Assembly: GCA_963701355.1 (NCBI GenBank)
Contig: CAVOZV010000015.1
Span: forward strand, 138,680-202,679
From: an uncultured Actinomycetota bacterium
GTDB taxonomy: Bacteria; Actinomycetota; Actinomycetes; Propionibacteriales; Propionibacteriaceae
Direction: 5' to 3'
Length of the DNA stretch: 64,000 nucleotides
The notes below the pieces were generated by a model. That model worked only from the letters and a program-made list of their open reading frames with translations, did no database searches and was not told the origin of the DNA. The translations under genes and the position numbers were made by a program. Position 1 is the first letter of the stretch. Each line of letters begins with the position of its first letter. This document shows, one piece after another, positions 42,610 through 51,436 of this stretch.

Positions 42610-42720
42610 CGGGGTCTCCTCGGGTCGGTCGCACGGGTGGTGCGACCAGCCTCGACCGGGATAGAGCGTCGTCAGGCTTCCGTCAGGCAATCTGTGGACA
42701 ACTCTCGATGACCTGTGGAT

Positions 42721-42766
42721 TTGCGAGTCTAAATCGATTAAGTTACGATGGACTCAATCGATTAAG
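42721..42766 (+). promoter_or_regulatory. Putative promoter with two copies of an AATCGATTAAG operator-like palindrome
   Basis: TTGCGA (42721-42726), a 17-nt spacer, then TACGAT (42744-42749). AAATCGATTAAG at 42731-42742 lies inside the spacer. CAATCGATTAAG at 42755-42766 lies just downstream of the -10. This is the most AT-rich stretch in the area. Confidence 0.45.
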
Positions 42767-42814
42767 AAGCCTCTCGACGCCGAGCGGCCCGATCCCACGA
42801 AGGGAGCATTTCCA

Positions 42815-42949
42815 ATGATCATCGTCCCCTGGGCGACCCAACAGCCCACCCGCACCCTGGTGGCCTCGGCGCAGCCCGGCGCCCCGGTCGTCGATGACGA
42901 GCCGAACGCGCTCGCCTCACTGCTTCGCCGGCTGACCCGCCGGGCCTGA
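42815..42949 (+). CDS. Unannotated 44-aa small ORF (below the ORF-track length cutoff)
   Basis: SD GAAGGGAG sits 7 nt before ATG 42815. The product reads MIIVPWATQQPTRTLVASAQPGAPVVDDEPNALASLLRRLTRRA. Third codon positions are almost all G/C. It lies downstream of the putative promoter above. Confidence 0.45.
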   Translation: MIIVPWATQQPTRTLVASAQPGAPVVDDEPNALASLLRRLTRRA

Positions 42950-43042
42950 CCCGCCTGATCAATCGGGCCTGATCCGCTCGATCGGCCCGCCCGGCGGAGC
43001 GTAGCCACGCTTCGAGTGTTCGGCGGGATGCGGATTGGATGC

Positions 43043-43795
43043 TCAGACGACCAGCGATGACTGGATCGAGTAGTGCGCCGAGCGATAGACGTGCCGGCCG
43101 AACTCGACGAAGCTGCCGGTGTCGTCGTACGCCACCCGTTCCGCGGTCAGACAGGCCGCGGGCGGCTCCTCGTCGAGCAGCCCGGCTTCCTCTTCGGTCA
43201 TCAGTCGCGCGTTGATCCGTTGCTGCGCGATCTTGAGGTTCACTCCGCGAGCGCGGAGGCACTCGTACAGACCGTGGGTCTGCAGGTCCTCCGCAGTGAT
43301 CTCGAAACGGCTGGGCAGATAGTTCGTGAGGATCGCCAGCGGCATGTCGTCGGCGAGCCGGAGCCGGCGGACCTTCACCAGTTCGGTATTGCCGAGATCC
43401 GCGTCGATCGCCTCGACCAGCTCGTCGGTGAGCTCGGCCCGGCCGAACTCCAGCAGCCGGGTGCCAGGCACCTTGCCGGCCTTGACGAGGTCATCGTTCA
43501 GGCTGGTCAGTCGTTCGTCGCGGCTGAACTTGGAGCGGACGACCTGGGTACCAACGCCGCGCTTGCGGACCAGCAGTCCCTTCTTGACCAGCTCCTGGAT
43601 CGCCTGCCGGGCCGTCGGCCGGGACAGCCCGAGCCGGGTGGTGAGCGACAGCTCGTTCTCCAGCCGGTCGCCCGGCGCCAGCTCGCCGGAGGAGATGGCG
43701 TGCTCGATCGACTGGGCCAGCTGGTAGTACAACGGCACCGGTGAGTTGCGCTCGAGCCTGATGTCGAGCTCCTTGGCCACCACCGGCTCGCTCAT
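43043..43795 (-). CDS. GntR-family transcriptional regulator (HutC subfamily, UTRA effector domain)
   Basis: wHTH LENELSLTTRLGLSRPTARQAIQELVKKGLLVRKRGVGTQV plus a UTRA-like C-terminal half. 250 aa. Confidence 0.85.
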   Translation of the reverse strand: MSEPVVAKELDIRLERNSPVPLYYQLAQSIEHAISSGELAPGDRLENELSLTTRLGLSRPTARQAIQELVKKGLLVRKRGVGTQVVRSKFSRDERLTSLNDDLVKAGKVPGTRLLEFGRAELTDELVEAIDADLGNTELVKVRRLRLADDMPLAILTNYLPSRFEITAEDLQTHGLYECLRARGVNLKIAQQRINARLMTEEEAGLLDEEPPAACLTAERVAYDDTGSFVEFGRHVYRSAHYSIQSSLVV

Positions 43796-43923
43796 CTCCG
43801 AAGCCTAACGCCGCCCGGCGAAAATTACACACATTAGTACAAGGGCTGCCAACCTCGTGGCCCCGCGTGCCGAGCGCGCACGCGCTCGCGGGCCACGCGG
43901 TGAGGCGAGGGTGGCCGACGAGC

Positions 43924-45153
43924 TCAGGCGGTGACCGGCGAGCCGACGTGCACCCAGCGGGACTCGCGAGCCGAGGCGAGCATGGCGTCCACCAGCTCGG
44001 CGGCGACCACGGCGTCGTCGATGCCTGCCCCGACCGGCACCCCGGTGGCGATCGACTCCAACAGCCGGCGCGCCTCGATCACCTTCAGGTCGTCGTAGCT
44101 CATCGCGATCCCACCGGCCGGCTGGAACGCCCCGAACTCCCCGGCCCCGAACTCGCCGGTACGGGGGCCGACGTACTCCGTGACATAGCTGGCGTCGGTG
44201 AAGTCCTGGCCGACGCAGAGCTGAAGCTCACCCATCCGCCGGAAGTCCCAGGCCAGCGCACCACGGTCGCCATGCACCTCGATGCCGTACGTGCACTGCT
44301 CGCCGACCGCCGTCCGGCACGACTCGAGCGTTCCGCGGGCCCCGCCGGCGAACCGGAGCAGGGCGGCCAGGTAGTCCTCGTTCTCCACGGGCCCGAGCTC
44401 GCCGCCACCGCGCGCATTGTGACCGGTCGCCACCCCGGCCGGCACCGGGCGCTCCGGAATGAAGATCGCCGTATCGGCCAGCAGTTCGTCGATCTCACCG
44501 ACGACGTACCGGGCGAGGTCGATGCCGTGGCTGACCAGGTCGCCGGCCACCCCGGAGCCGGACCACTCGTTCTGATAGCGCCAGGTCAGCGCGCCGTCCG
44601 GATGGGCCGCGTAGTCGGCGAGCAGCCGGATCCGGACCTGGCGGATCGTCCCGAGTCGGCCGTCCGCGATCAGCGCCTTGGCCCGCTCGACCGCCGGCGC
44701 GTTGCGGTAGTTGAAGCCGGCCGCCGAATGAACACCTGCTTCTCGAACCGCGGTGGCGATGTCGCGTGTCTCGGCCGCCGACCGGCCTGCCGGCTTCTCG
44801 ATCCAGAGGTGCTTCCCGCTCTGCGCCACCGCGACGCCGACCTCGCGGTGGATGAAGTTCGGGCCCGTCACGCTCACCACGTCGAGATCGTCGCGCGCGA
44901 CCAGCTCGCGCCAGTCCGCGTGCACGTCGGAGAACCCGTACGCCGCCACGGCCGCCGCCAGCCGGGAGTCTGCCGCGTTGTCGGCGACCGCGACCAGCTC
45001 GGGCCGCACGGAGCCGCCGGAGGCGGGGAGCGACGGATAGTGCTGCGCAACGCGGAGGTAGGCCCGGGCGTGGACCTGACCCATCCAACCGAAGCCGACG
45101 ATGCCGACGCGGAGCGGCCGGGACGCGAGGGAGGGGGTGGAGCTGGCAGTCAT
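43924..45153 (-). CDS. Gfo/Idh/MocA-family oxidoreductase
   Basis: Rossmann N-terminus LRVGIVGFGWMGQVHARAY, then ...HLWIEKPAGRS... 409 aa. Confidence 0.8.
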   Translation of the reverse strand: MTASSTPSLASRPLRVGIVGFGWMGQVHARAYLRVAQHYPSLPASGGSVRPELVAVADNAADSRLAAAVAAYGFSDVHADWRELVARDDLDVVSVTGPNFIHREVGVAVAQSGKHLWIEKPAGRSAAETRDIATAVREAGVHSAAGFNYRNAPAVERAKALIADGRLGTIRQVRIRLLADYAAHPDGALTWRYQNEWSGSGVAGDLVSHGIDLARYVVGEIDELLADTAIFIPERPVPAGVATGHNARGGGELGPVENEDYLAALLRFAGGARGTLESCRTAVGEQCTYGIEVHGDRGALAWDFRRMGELQLCVGQDFTDASYVTEYVGPRTGEFGAGEFGAFQPAGGIAMSYDDLKVIEARRLLESIATGVPVGAGIDDAVVAAELVDAMLASARESRWVHVGSPVTA

Positions 45154-45204
45154 GGCATGACCTCGCCTTGTTGCAGTGACTTTGTCCTGACAAAACTAGC
45201 AAGG

Positions 45205-46542
45205 TCAGGGCGAGAACAGCAACAGCAGACCTGAGCAGGTGTAGAACACCATCACCGCGAGCATCGGCACCTGGGCGACCAGCGCGTGCCGCGGCTCGAC
45301 CAGCTGCAGCGACTTCTCATGCGCGGCGACGATGCCGATCAGGTGACCGCCGACGATCGCTGTCACCTGGACCACCGCGATCGCCGTCGGATGGTTGAAG
45401 ATCGTCTGGTTCACCCCCATCCCTGCGGAACCGAACACGTTCCAGCCGAGTCCCATCGGGTCGGACCAGTCGATCGCGGTCCGCTGGCCCTCGACGACCA
45501 GCAGGGTGAAGTAGTGAGCGATCGCGTATCCGATCACGATCGGCACCACCGAGCCGGCCATCAGCCGTGGGAACCCGGCCGGCCTCAGTTCCGAGTCCCG
45601 CCGGTAGCGGTACATCCAGAGCGATGCCAGCGAGAACGTCACCAGCACGATCGCGATCATGGTCACCAGCCCGCCGGTGCCCCAGACCAGCGGGCTGACG
45701 CTGGAGTTCTGCACGGTCTGGATCCAGTGGATGTTGTTGGTGAAGCTGTCGTACGCCGTCGAGCCGAGCAGGGTCGCGACCACCGCGGCCGAGCCCGGCG
45801 GTGGGTCCCAGGCGGTCAGCCCGGCGAGCGGGTGGACCAGTCGCAGCCGGCCGTTGCGATCGGCCGGGACCCGGCGCCAGGGCGAGGTCTGGGCGACCGT
45901 GGTCGCATAGACCTCGAACGGGTCCGCCGCTCCGATCCAGCGGTCCCCGAACAGCACCGCGCCGATGATCAACGCGACCAGCCAGACCAGCGCCCAGACC
46001 CGGAGCACGGCGAGCGTCGTCCGGTCCGGCTCGATCAGCTCCAGCCAGGCGAACCCGAACAGCCCCACCGTCGCCGGCCACACCCCGACCCGACCGCCGA
46101 GCTCGAACAGGCCGTCGGCGCGGTCGATCCGGGCGATCGCGGCCAGCCCGCGATGGATGGTCCGGACGGGGTTCAGCACCCGCCAGAACGGTCCGAGCAG
46201 GATGGACAACGGGACCAGCCCGACCCACATCCAGACGTACACGAAGCCGAAGGCCGGGTTGGTCAGTTGGTCCTGGCCCGCGAACAGGCCGAGTCCGGCC
46301 CAGACGAAGGCCGCCAGCATGAGCGCCCGCAGCGTCCAGCGGAAGGCCGGCGCATCGACCAGCCGGGTCAGGCCCGCGAGCGTACGTCCGCCGGGCGCGA
46401 GGAACCTCGGCTGCCGCCAGGCGAAGAACAAGATCACGAAGGACAGCACGAGCGCCGCCGCGGCGCCGATCACCACGAACGAGAACGGCAGCGGCAGGTC
46501 GTGCCGGGTGCCGATCCCGTGCAGGGGTATCAGCTGGATCAT
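45205..46542 (-). CDS. Hypothetical polytopic membrane protein (~10 helices)
   Basis: 445-aa hydrophobic ORF (MIQLIPLHGIGTRHDLPLPFSFVVIGAAAALVLSFVILFFAW...). It lies immediately downstream of the cupredoxin-like lipoprotein gene. Confidence 0.6.
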   Translation of the reverse strand: MIQLIPLHGIGTRHDLPLPFSFVVIGAAAALVLSFVILFFAWRQPRFLAPGGRTLAGLTRLVDAPAFRWTLRALMLAAFVWAGLGLFAGQDQLTNPAFGFVYVWMWVGLVPLSILLGPFWRVLNPVRTIHRGLAAIARIDRADGLFELGGRVGVWPATVGLFGFAWLELIEPDRTTLAVLRVWALVWLVALIIGAVLFGDRWIGAADPFEVYATTVAQTSPWRRVPADRNGRLRLVHPLAGLTAWDPPPGSAAVVATLLGSTAYDSFTNNIHWIQTVQNSSVSPLVWGTGGLVTMIAIVLVTFSLASLWMYRYRRDSELRPAGFPRLMAGSVVPIVIGYAIAHYFTLLVVEGQRTAIDWSDPMGLGWNVFGSAGMGVNQTIFNHPTAIAVVQVTAIVGGHLIGIVAAHEKSLQLVEPRHALVAQVPMLAVMVFYTCSGLLLLFSP

Positions 46543-46552
46543 CGAGTATTTC

Positions 46553-47014
46553 TCAACGCACGTTGAGGATCGCGATGACCTTGTTCAGGTGGTGCGACTC
46601 GATCTCGAAGCTGCCGGTGTCGGCAGCGACGAAGCTGCCGGTGGCCGGCTGGCCGGCCTTCACCTCGAGCTCGTATCCGTCGCCGGCGGTATGGGCGTGG
46701 ATCTCGTCGTCTTGATCACTGGTCACATTCAGCGTCACCATGGTGCCCTGGGTGACGTCGATCGCCTCCGCATTGGGGGTGATCTTGCCGTCGGCGATGG
46801 TGATGTCGATGGTCAGCGCCTTGCCGCTCTGGGATGCCGACGAACTCGCGGAAGCCGCCGGCGCGCTCGGTGAGACCGACGGCGAGCTCGGGGCGGGCGT
46901 ACATCCGGCGGCCAGGCCGGCCACCATCAGGGCGCCTGCGGCCAACAGCGGGCCGAGGCCGAGGCCGCGGCCGTCATGCGATCGCGCACGGGGCGGACGA
47001 GACTGCCTGGTCAC
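46553..47014 (-). CDS. Lipoprotein with a cupredoxin-like (EfeO-N-type) domain
   Basis: Signal peptide with lipobox LAAGC, an S/P/A linker, then ITIADGKITPNAEAIDVTQGTMVTLNVTSDQDDEIHAH...GSFEIESHH. Confidence 0.6.
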   Translation of the reverse strand: MTRQSRPPRARSHDGRGLGLGPLLAAGALMVAGLAAGCTPAPSSPSVSPSAPAASASSSASQSGKALTIDITIADGKITPNAEAIDVTQGTMVTLNVTSDQDDEIHAHTAGDGYELEVKAGQPATGSFVAADTGSFEIESHHLNKVIAILNVR

Positions 47015-47225
47015 GGCTGACTACCTTCGAGATCGGGGTACACGGTCGGGCGGGACGTTCGGCCTCCACCGTATCCACCGGCGGACGTCCGGGTCCGGCA
47101 CTGACCACGAACGAGCGAGCGCTGCGGTTCCCACGGATGATCCAGGTCGCGCGGCCGGTAGTACCGTGGCCTGGTTCGAGCAGGCGGTTCGCAGACAGGA
47201 CGAGGCGACGGAGGGGAGACGGTCG

Positions 47226-49058
47226 GTGCCACTACGGCTGAGTCCCCTCGAGGTCTCGATGCTGGTGCTGGACACCGCACACACTCCCGGGCCATGTCGG
47301 CACGATCGAGGTCCTCGAGCCCGGCCCGGACGGCTTCGACTACGAGCGGCTGATCGCGCTGGTCAGGCAACGGATCGAGTTCGTCCCGCGTTATCGGCAA
47401 CGGATCCGCGAGGTGCCCGGCCGGCTGGCCGCCCCCATCTGGGTCGACGACGAGAACTTCGACCTCACCTTCCACGTCCGGCAGTCCGCGCTACCCCGAC
47501 CCGGTACGTTCGCCCAGCTCCGGGAGTTCGTCGGCCGGGTGCTGGCCCGTCGGCTCGACCGGTCCAGGCCGCTGTGGGAGATGTATCTCGTCGAGGGGCT
47601 CGAGGGCGGCCGGTTCGCGTTGGTCACCAAGTCCCATCTCTGCCTGGTCGACGGGGTCGACACGGTTGACATCGGGCAGGTGCTGCTGGATAGCGAGCCG
47701 GAGCCACCGAGTCGTGAGCGCGACGAGTCGACCTGGCGGCCGCTCGCCGAGCCGTCCGACCTGGAGCTGGTCGCCGGCGCGTTGCTGGAGAGTGCCCAGG
47801 ATCCGGTCCGGGCGGCGCAAAACGCCCGGGGCGTGCTGATGGGCGCGCTCGGGGTGGCGGTCGCGGTCGGCGATGCGGTGGGTGGCTTCGGCGCGGCCGT
47901 GGGAGGACTGGCCGCCGACGCGCTGCGCGGCACCCGGCCGCCGTCCGGGTCGCCGCTCACCGGGATGCTGTCCGAGCAGCGCCGGGTGGCGACCATGTGC
48001 GTACCGCTGGCCGAACTCAAGGCGGTCCGCAGCGAGCACAGCCACACGATCAACGACGTGGTGCTGGCGATGATCACCGGTGGGCTGCGGAACTGGCTGC
48101 TCACCCGGGGCGAGTCGCTGAGCAACGGCGCCACGGTGACCGCGCTGGTGCCGATGAGCGTGACCGAGGACGAGGGCGTACCGACCTCGCTCGGCAGCTC
48201 GGTCACCCCGCACCTGCAGGTGCTGCCGATCGGCGAGCCGAGTGCCCTGATGCGGCTGCACCAGGTCGCGTTCGGCACCCAGGCCCACCGGGAGAGCGGC
48301 CGCGCCGTCGGCGCCAGATCGATCGCTGATATCGCGGGCTTTGCGCCCACCACGCTGCACGCGCTCGGCGTCCGGGTGGCTGCCGAGGTGGTCCGCAAAC
48401 AGCACGACGTGGTGATCACGAACGTGCCCGGGCCACAGCTGCCGATGTATGCGGCCGGGTCTCGGCTGATCAGCAGCTTCCCGGTGCTGCCGCTGGCGTC
48501 CGGCCATCTGCTGGCGATCGGGGTGACTTCGTACGACGGCGACGTCTGCATCGGTATCAACGCCGATCGGGACGGGGTCGGCGATCTCGACGTTCTGGTC
48601 CAGTGCCTCGATGACGCGCTGGAGGAGCTGCTGGACACCACGGTCCGCGGCGCGGCGCTGCGGCAGCCCACCCGGAAGGCGTCGGCGGCGGCGAAGAACG
48701 CCGCGGCGCGTAAGGCGGCGCAGCGCGAGCGGGAGGCCGCCGAGCGGCCTACCGGACAGAAGCGGGCCGCCGTCCGCAAGCTCGCCAGCACAGCCGGCAC
48801 GCTCGGGGCGGCCACTCTGCGACCGGCCGGCAAGCGGCCGGCAAAGAAGGCGTCACCGCAGCCCCAGCCCGAGCCCCCGGCGGCGCCGGCGGAGAAGGCG
48901 CCGGCTGAGAAGGCGGCCGGCGAAGAAGGCGCGCGGCGAAGAAGGCGCCGGCGAAGAAGACCGTAACGGCGGCGCCCGCGAGGAAAACCACCACCAGGAA
49001 GACGGCCGCCAAGACAACGCCTGCCAAGAAGACGGCTCCGCCACGGGCGGAGGGCTGA
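47226..49058 (+). CDS. WS/DGAT-family acyltransferase with a lysine/alanine-rich C-terminal tail; about three frameshifts as sequenced
   Basis: GTG 47226 follows GGAGGGGAGA. PLRLSPLEVSMLVLDTAHTPG is followed, after an extra base in the CCCGGGCC run near ~47290, by HVGTIEVLEPGPDGFDYERL...PIWVDDENFDL...LVTKSHLCLVDGVD (a variant of HHxxxDG) ...VITNVPGPQLPMY... The tail AAKNAAARKAAQ...PAEKAPAEKAA then changes frame twice to AKKAPAKKTVTAAPARKTTTRKTAAKTTPAKKTAPPRAEG, with the stop at 49056-49058. Confidence 0.75.
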
Positions 49059-49065
49059 GCGCATC

Positions 49066-49537
49066 GTGGTGATGGCGTACGTTCCGCTCGACCGTCAACG
49101 CGCCCGGTCCCTGCGCGACTCCGGCACGCTCCCGGGTCCGGTGGCAGCGCACGCGGTGACCCCGGCCCTGCTGCGGGCCCACGACCTGACGGCGAGCGAT
49201 GAGGATGCGGAATACACCGCACTGGCGTACGCCGGGGTGTCCGCGCTGCTGACCGGCTCCGATCCGCTCCGGTTGGTGCTGGCGGCGGACGTCGATGCCG
49301 ACTGACTCGGACGACCCGTTCGGCCGGGTCGACCTCGTCGGACTCGGCTGGACTCAGGTGGTCTCGCTCTTCGCAGACGAGGCGGGAAGTTCCGGTCGGA
49401 TCGCCGAAGCCCGGGAGCGCGCGATGGCTGCGGACCTGGAGACAGTCGTCGACGACGTACGGGTCGAATCGCTGCTGGACGCCAGCGACCTGCTCTGGTT
49501 TTCGCCCGACGAGTTGGACCGGCTGCCCCGGGCCTGA
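49066..49537 (+). CDS. Conserved hypothetical acidic protein; one frameshift near ~49300 as sequenced
   Basis: ORF 49066-49305 (...AEYTALAYAGVSALLTGSDPLRLVLAADVDAD) continues in ORF 49295-49537 (DSDDPFGRVDLVGLGWTQVVSLFADE...LLWFSPDELDRL). Confidence 0.5.
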
Positions 49538-49554
49538 GGTCGCACCGTCAGGTA

Positions 49555-49608
49555 GGTGTGATCGAACGTGTCGGTGTGATCGGGCGTGTCGGTGCGATCA
49601 GGCACACT
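49555..49608 (+). repeat. 18-nt tandem repeat x3 immediately upstream of the ku ATG
   Basis: GGTGTGATCGAACGTGTC, GGTGTGATCGGGCGTGTC and GGTGCGATCAGGCACACT. The repeat is in-frame with ku (VIERVG VIGRVG AIRHTY if GTG 49558 is used). Confidence 0.85.
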
Positions 49609-49614
49609 TACACC

Positions 49615-50424
49615 ATGCCGCGATCAATCTGGAAGGGCGCGATCTCCTTCGGCCTGGTCACCATCCCGGTGAAACTCTTCTCGGCGACCGAGGAGAAGGA
49701 CATCAGTTTCCGCCAGGTGCACCCCGAAGACGGTGGCCGGATCAAATACAAACGGGTCTGTGAGAAGTGTGGCAAGGAGATCCCGTTCGCCGAGATCGCC
49801 AAGGGCTACGAGCTGCCGGACGGTCGGATGGTGATCTTGGAGAAGGAGGACTTCGACAACCTCCCGCTGACCACCACCAAAGCGGTCGAGGTGGTCCAGT
49901 TCGTCGAGGAGGACGAGGTCGACCCGACGTACTTCGACAAGACCTACTTCCTGGAGGCCGAGGGTCCGGGGGCCAAACCGTACGTCCTGCTTCGCGACGC
50001 CCTGATCAAGTCCGGCCGGGCTGCGGTCGTGAAGGTGGCGCTGCGTTCGCGGGAGTCGCTGGCCCTCGTCCGGCCGAAGGACGGCGTGCTCCTGATGCAC
50101 ACCATGCTCTGGCCCGATGAGCTGCGCGACGGGTCGTTCGCGGCGCCGCCGGAGAACGTCACCGTCTCCGACGCCGAGGTGACGATGGCGCAGTCATTCA
50201 TCGAGGCGCTGGCCGGCGACTTCCATCCCGAAGAGTTCACCGACGCGTACCGCGATGCGCTCGATGCCGTCGTCCGATCCAAGGCCGATGGCATCCCGCT
50301 GGCCGAGGAGACCGAGGAGGCGCCGAAGGAGGCCGAGGTCGTCGACCTGGTCGCCGCCCTCCGCGCTTCTGTCGAGGCCGCGAAGAAGCGCCGCGAGGAG
50401 GCCGAGAAGGCCAAGGCGGTGTAG
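49615..50424 (+). CDS. ku: Ku protein (non-homologous end joining)
   Basis: MPRSIWKGAISFGLVTIPVKLFSATEEKDISFRQVH...YFDKTYFLEAEG. Confidence 0.9.
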   Translation: MPRSIWKGAISFGLVTIPVKLFSATEEKDISFRQVHPEDGGRIKYKRVCEKCGKEIPFAEIAKGYELPDGRMVILEKEDFDNLPLTTTKAVEVVQFVEEDEVDPTYFDKTYFLEAEGPGAKPYVLLRDALIKSGRAAVVKVALRSRESLALVRPKDGVLLMHTMLWPDELRDGSFAAPPENVTVSDAEVTMAQSFIEALAGDFHPEEFTDAYRDALDAVVRSKADGIPLAEETEEAPKEAEVVDLVAALRASVEAAKKRREEAEKAKAV

Positions 50425-50865
50425 CCGACGGGCAGAGCGCGTCGGAGGTGAGGCCGTTCGGCGGATCACAGCCTGCGTGGCCTGGTCGTTCCGACGAGCA
50501 CCCCTTGCCTCTCCACTTCGCACGCCCAGGGCGGCGACGCAACTGACCCGACTCGAACCCGCAGTACCCCTTGACGGCTTCGGCGATCAGGTCTTGGACC
50601 TCGGCAAGCATGTTCGGCTGGCGAGTTCACAGGTCAGCGAAGGCCCAGCCTTCGATCGTGGTCGCCGGCGCGGTCGTTGTTCTTGCCCGCCGGTTGTGCG
50701 GCTGGGTCGTCGGACTCGGGCGCAGCGCCCGGCCGGCTCGATGGGTCGATGTTCGGCTCGCTTTGGTCGTGCTCGACTGCCGCATCTGGGGCTGAAGAGC
50801 CCTCGCTCATGTCCGCCTCATACCCACCTTCCGCTGGTCTTGGACGAATCCCTCAACCGTCTGGG

Positions 50866-51390
50866 TCAATCAAGCTGATGCACTGCGATGTCGCCCTGGT
50901 TCAGCTGATTGATCAGGTGGAGCAGGTCCAGGTTGCCGGAGTCACCGTCCACGGTTTGTCCAGCGGTGGTGACGATTATTTCGCAGATGTTGCGGACTTT
51001 ACGGTGGTGTGGGAGGACCAGCGCCGGAGTACCTCGAAGGCGGCGTCCGGCCCGATCTGGTAGCGGCTCATCGGGATTCCCTTGGATGGCTCGATCATCG
51101 GTCGACTCGCCAAGCGAGTGCGGAGGCCTTCGAGCTCGGCAACCAGTTGTTGGGAGGGAACGCCGACCGTCCATCGGATGCCGACCTAGCCCGATGGTCG
51201 CACCGACCGGATGGCAGAGGTGTTTGGACAACAAAACTTTACGTTGTCAGCTCAGCGCTGCTGCTCATTGCAGTCAGCACTCGCTGCCACCAGGTCTTCT
51301 CGGGACTGATCAACCCGTCTGGTCCCAAACTCCCGATGGCTCGCTCTGTATCGCGCCCTGTGGTGCTTCTTTCTGGGCGTGTCTAGGCAT
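50866..51390 (-). pseudogene. ANTAR-domain protein remnant (frameshifts and stops)
   Basis: Minus strand: SD GGAGGA plus ATG at 51390. A degenerate ANTAR core reads LRTRLASRPMIEPSKGIPMSRYQIGPDAAFEVLRRWSSHTTVK, then a frame switch leads to VRNICEIIVTT... (tail of ORF 50866-51234). The N-terminal part is broken by several stops. The region is of lower GC. Confidence 0.5.
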
Positions 51391-51436
51391 TTCCTCCACG
51401 CTGCTCGACACGACCCGCGATCACGGAAAGCGGGCC

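Noticed and set aside
42094-42690. Use of the full 198-aa ORF as the Rv3235-like gene.
   Set aside because: The internal ATG at 42609 has a strong SD (GAGGAGA) 5 nt upstream. The upstream extension (MPDGSLTTLYPGRGWSHHPCDRPEETP) has no such signal, so the shorter gene is preferred.
49615-50424. NHEJ or defence island around ku.
   Set aside because: Ku stands alone. No LigD, nuclease, helicase or other defence-type genes are adjacent. The neighbours are a lipid acyltransferase and decayed sequence.
50545-50570. tRNA-like T-loop motif (minus strand GGGTTCGAGTCGGG), which might mark a tRNA or an integration att remnant.
   Set aside because: The flanking bases do not form a T-stem (GCGGG versus CGGGT), no acceptor or anticodon arms can be drawn, and no integrase is nearby.
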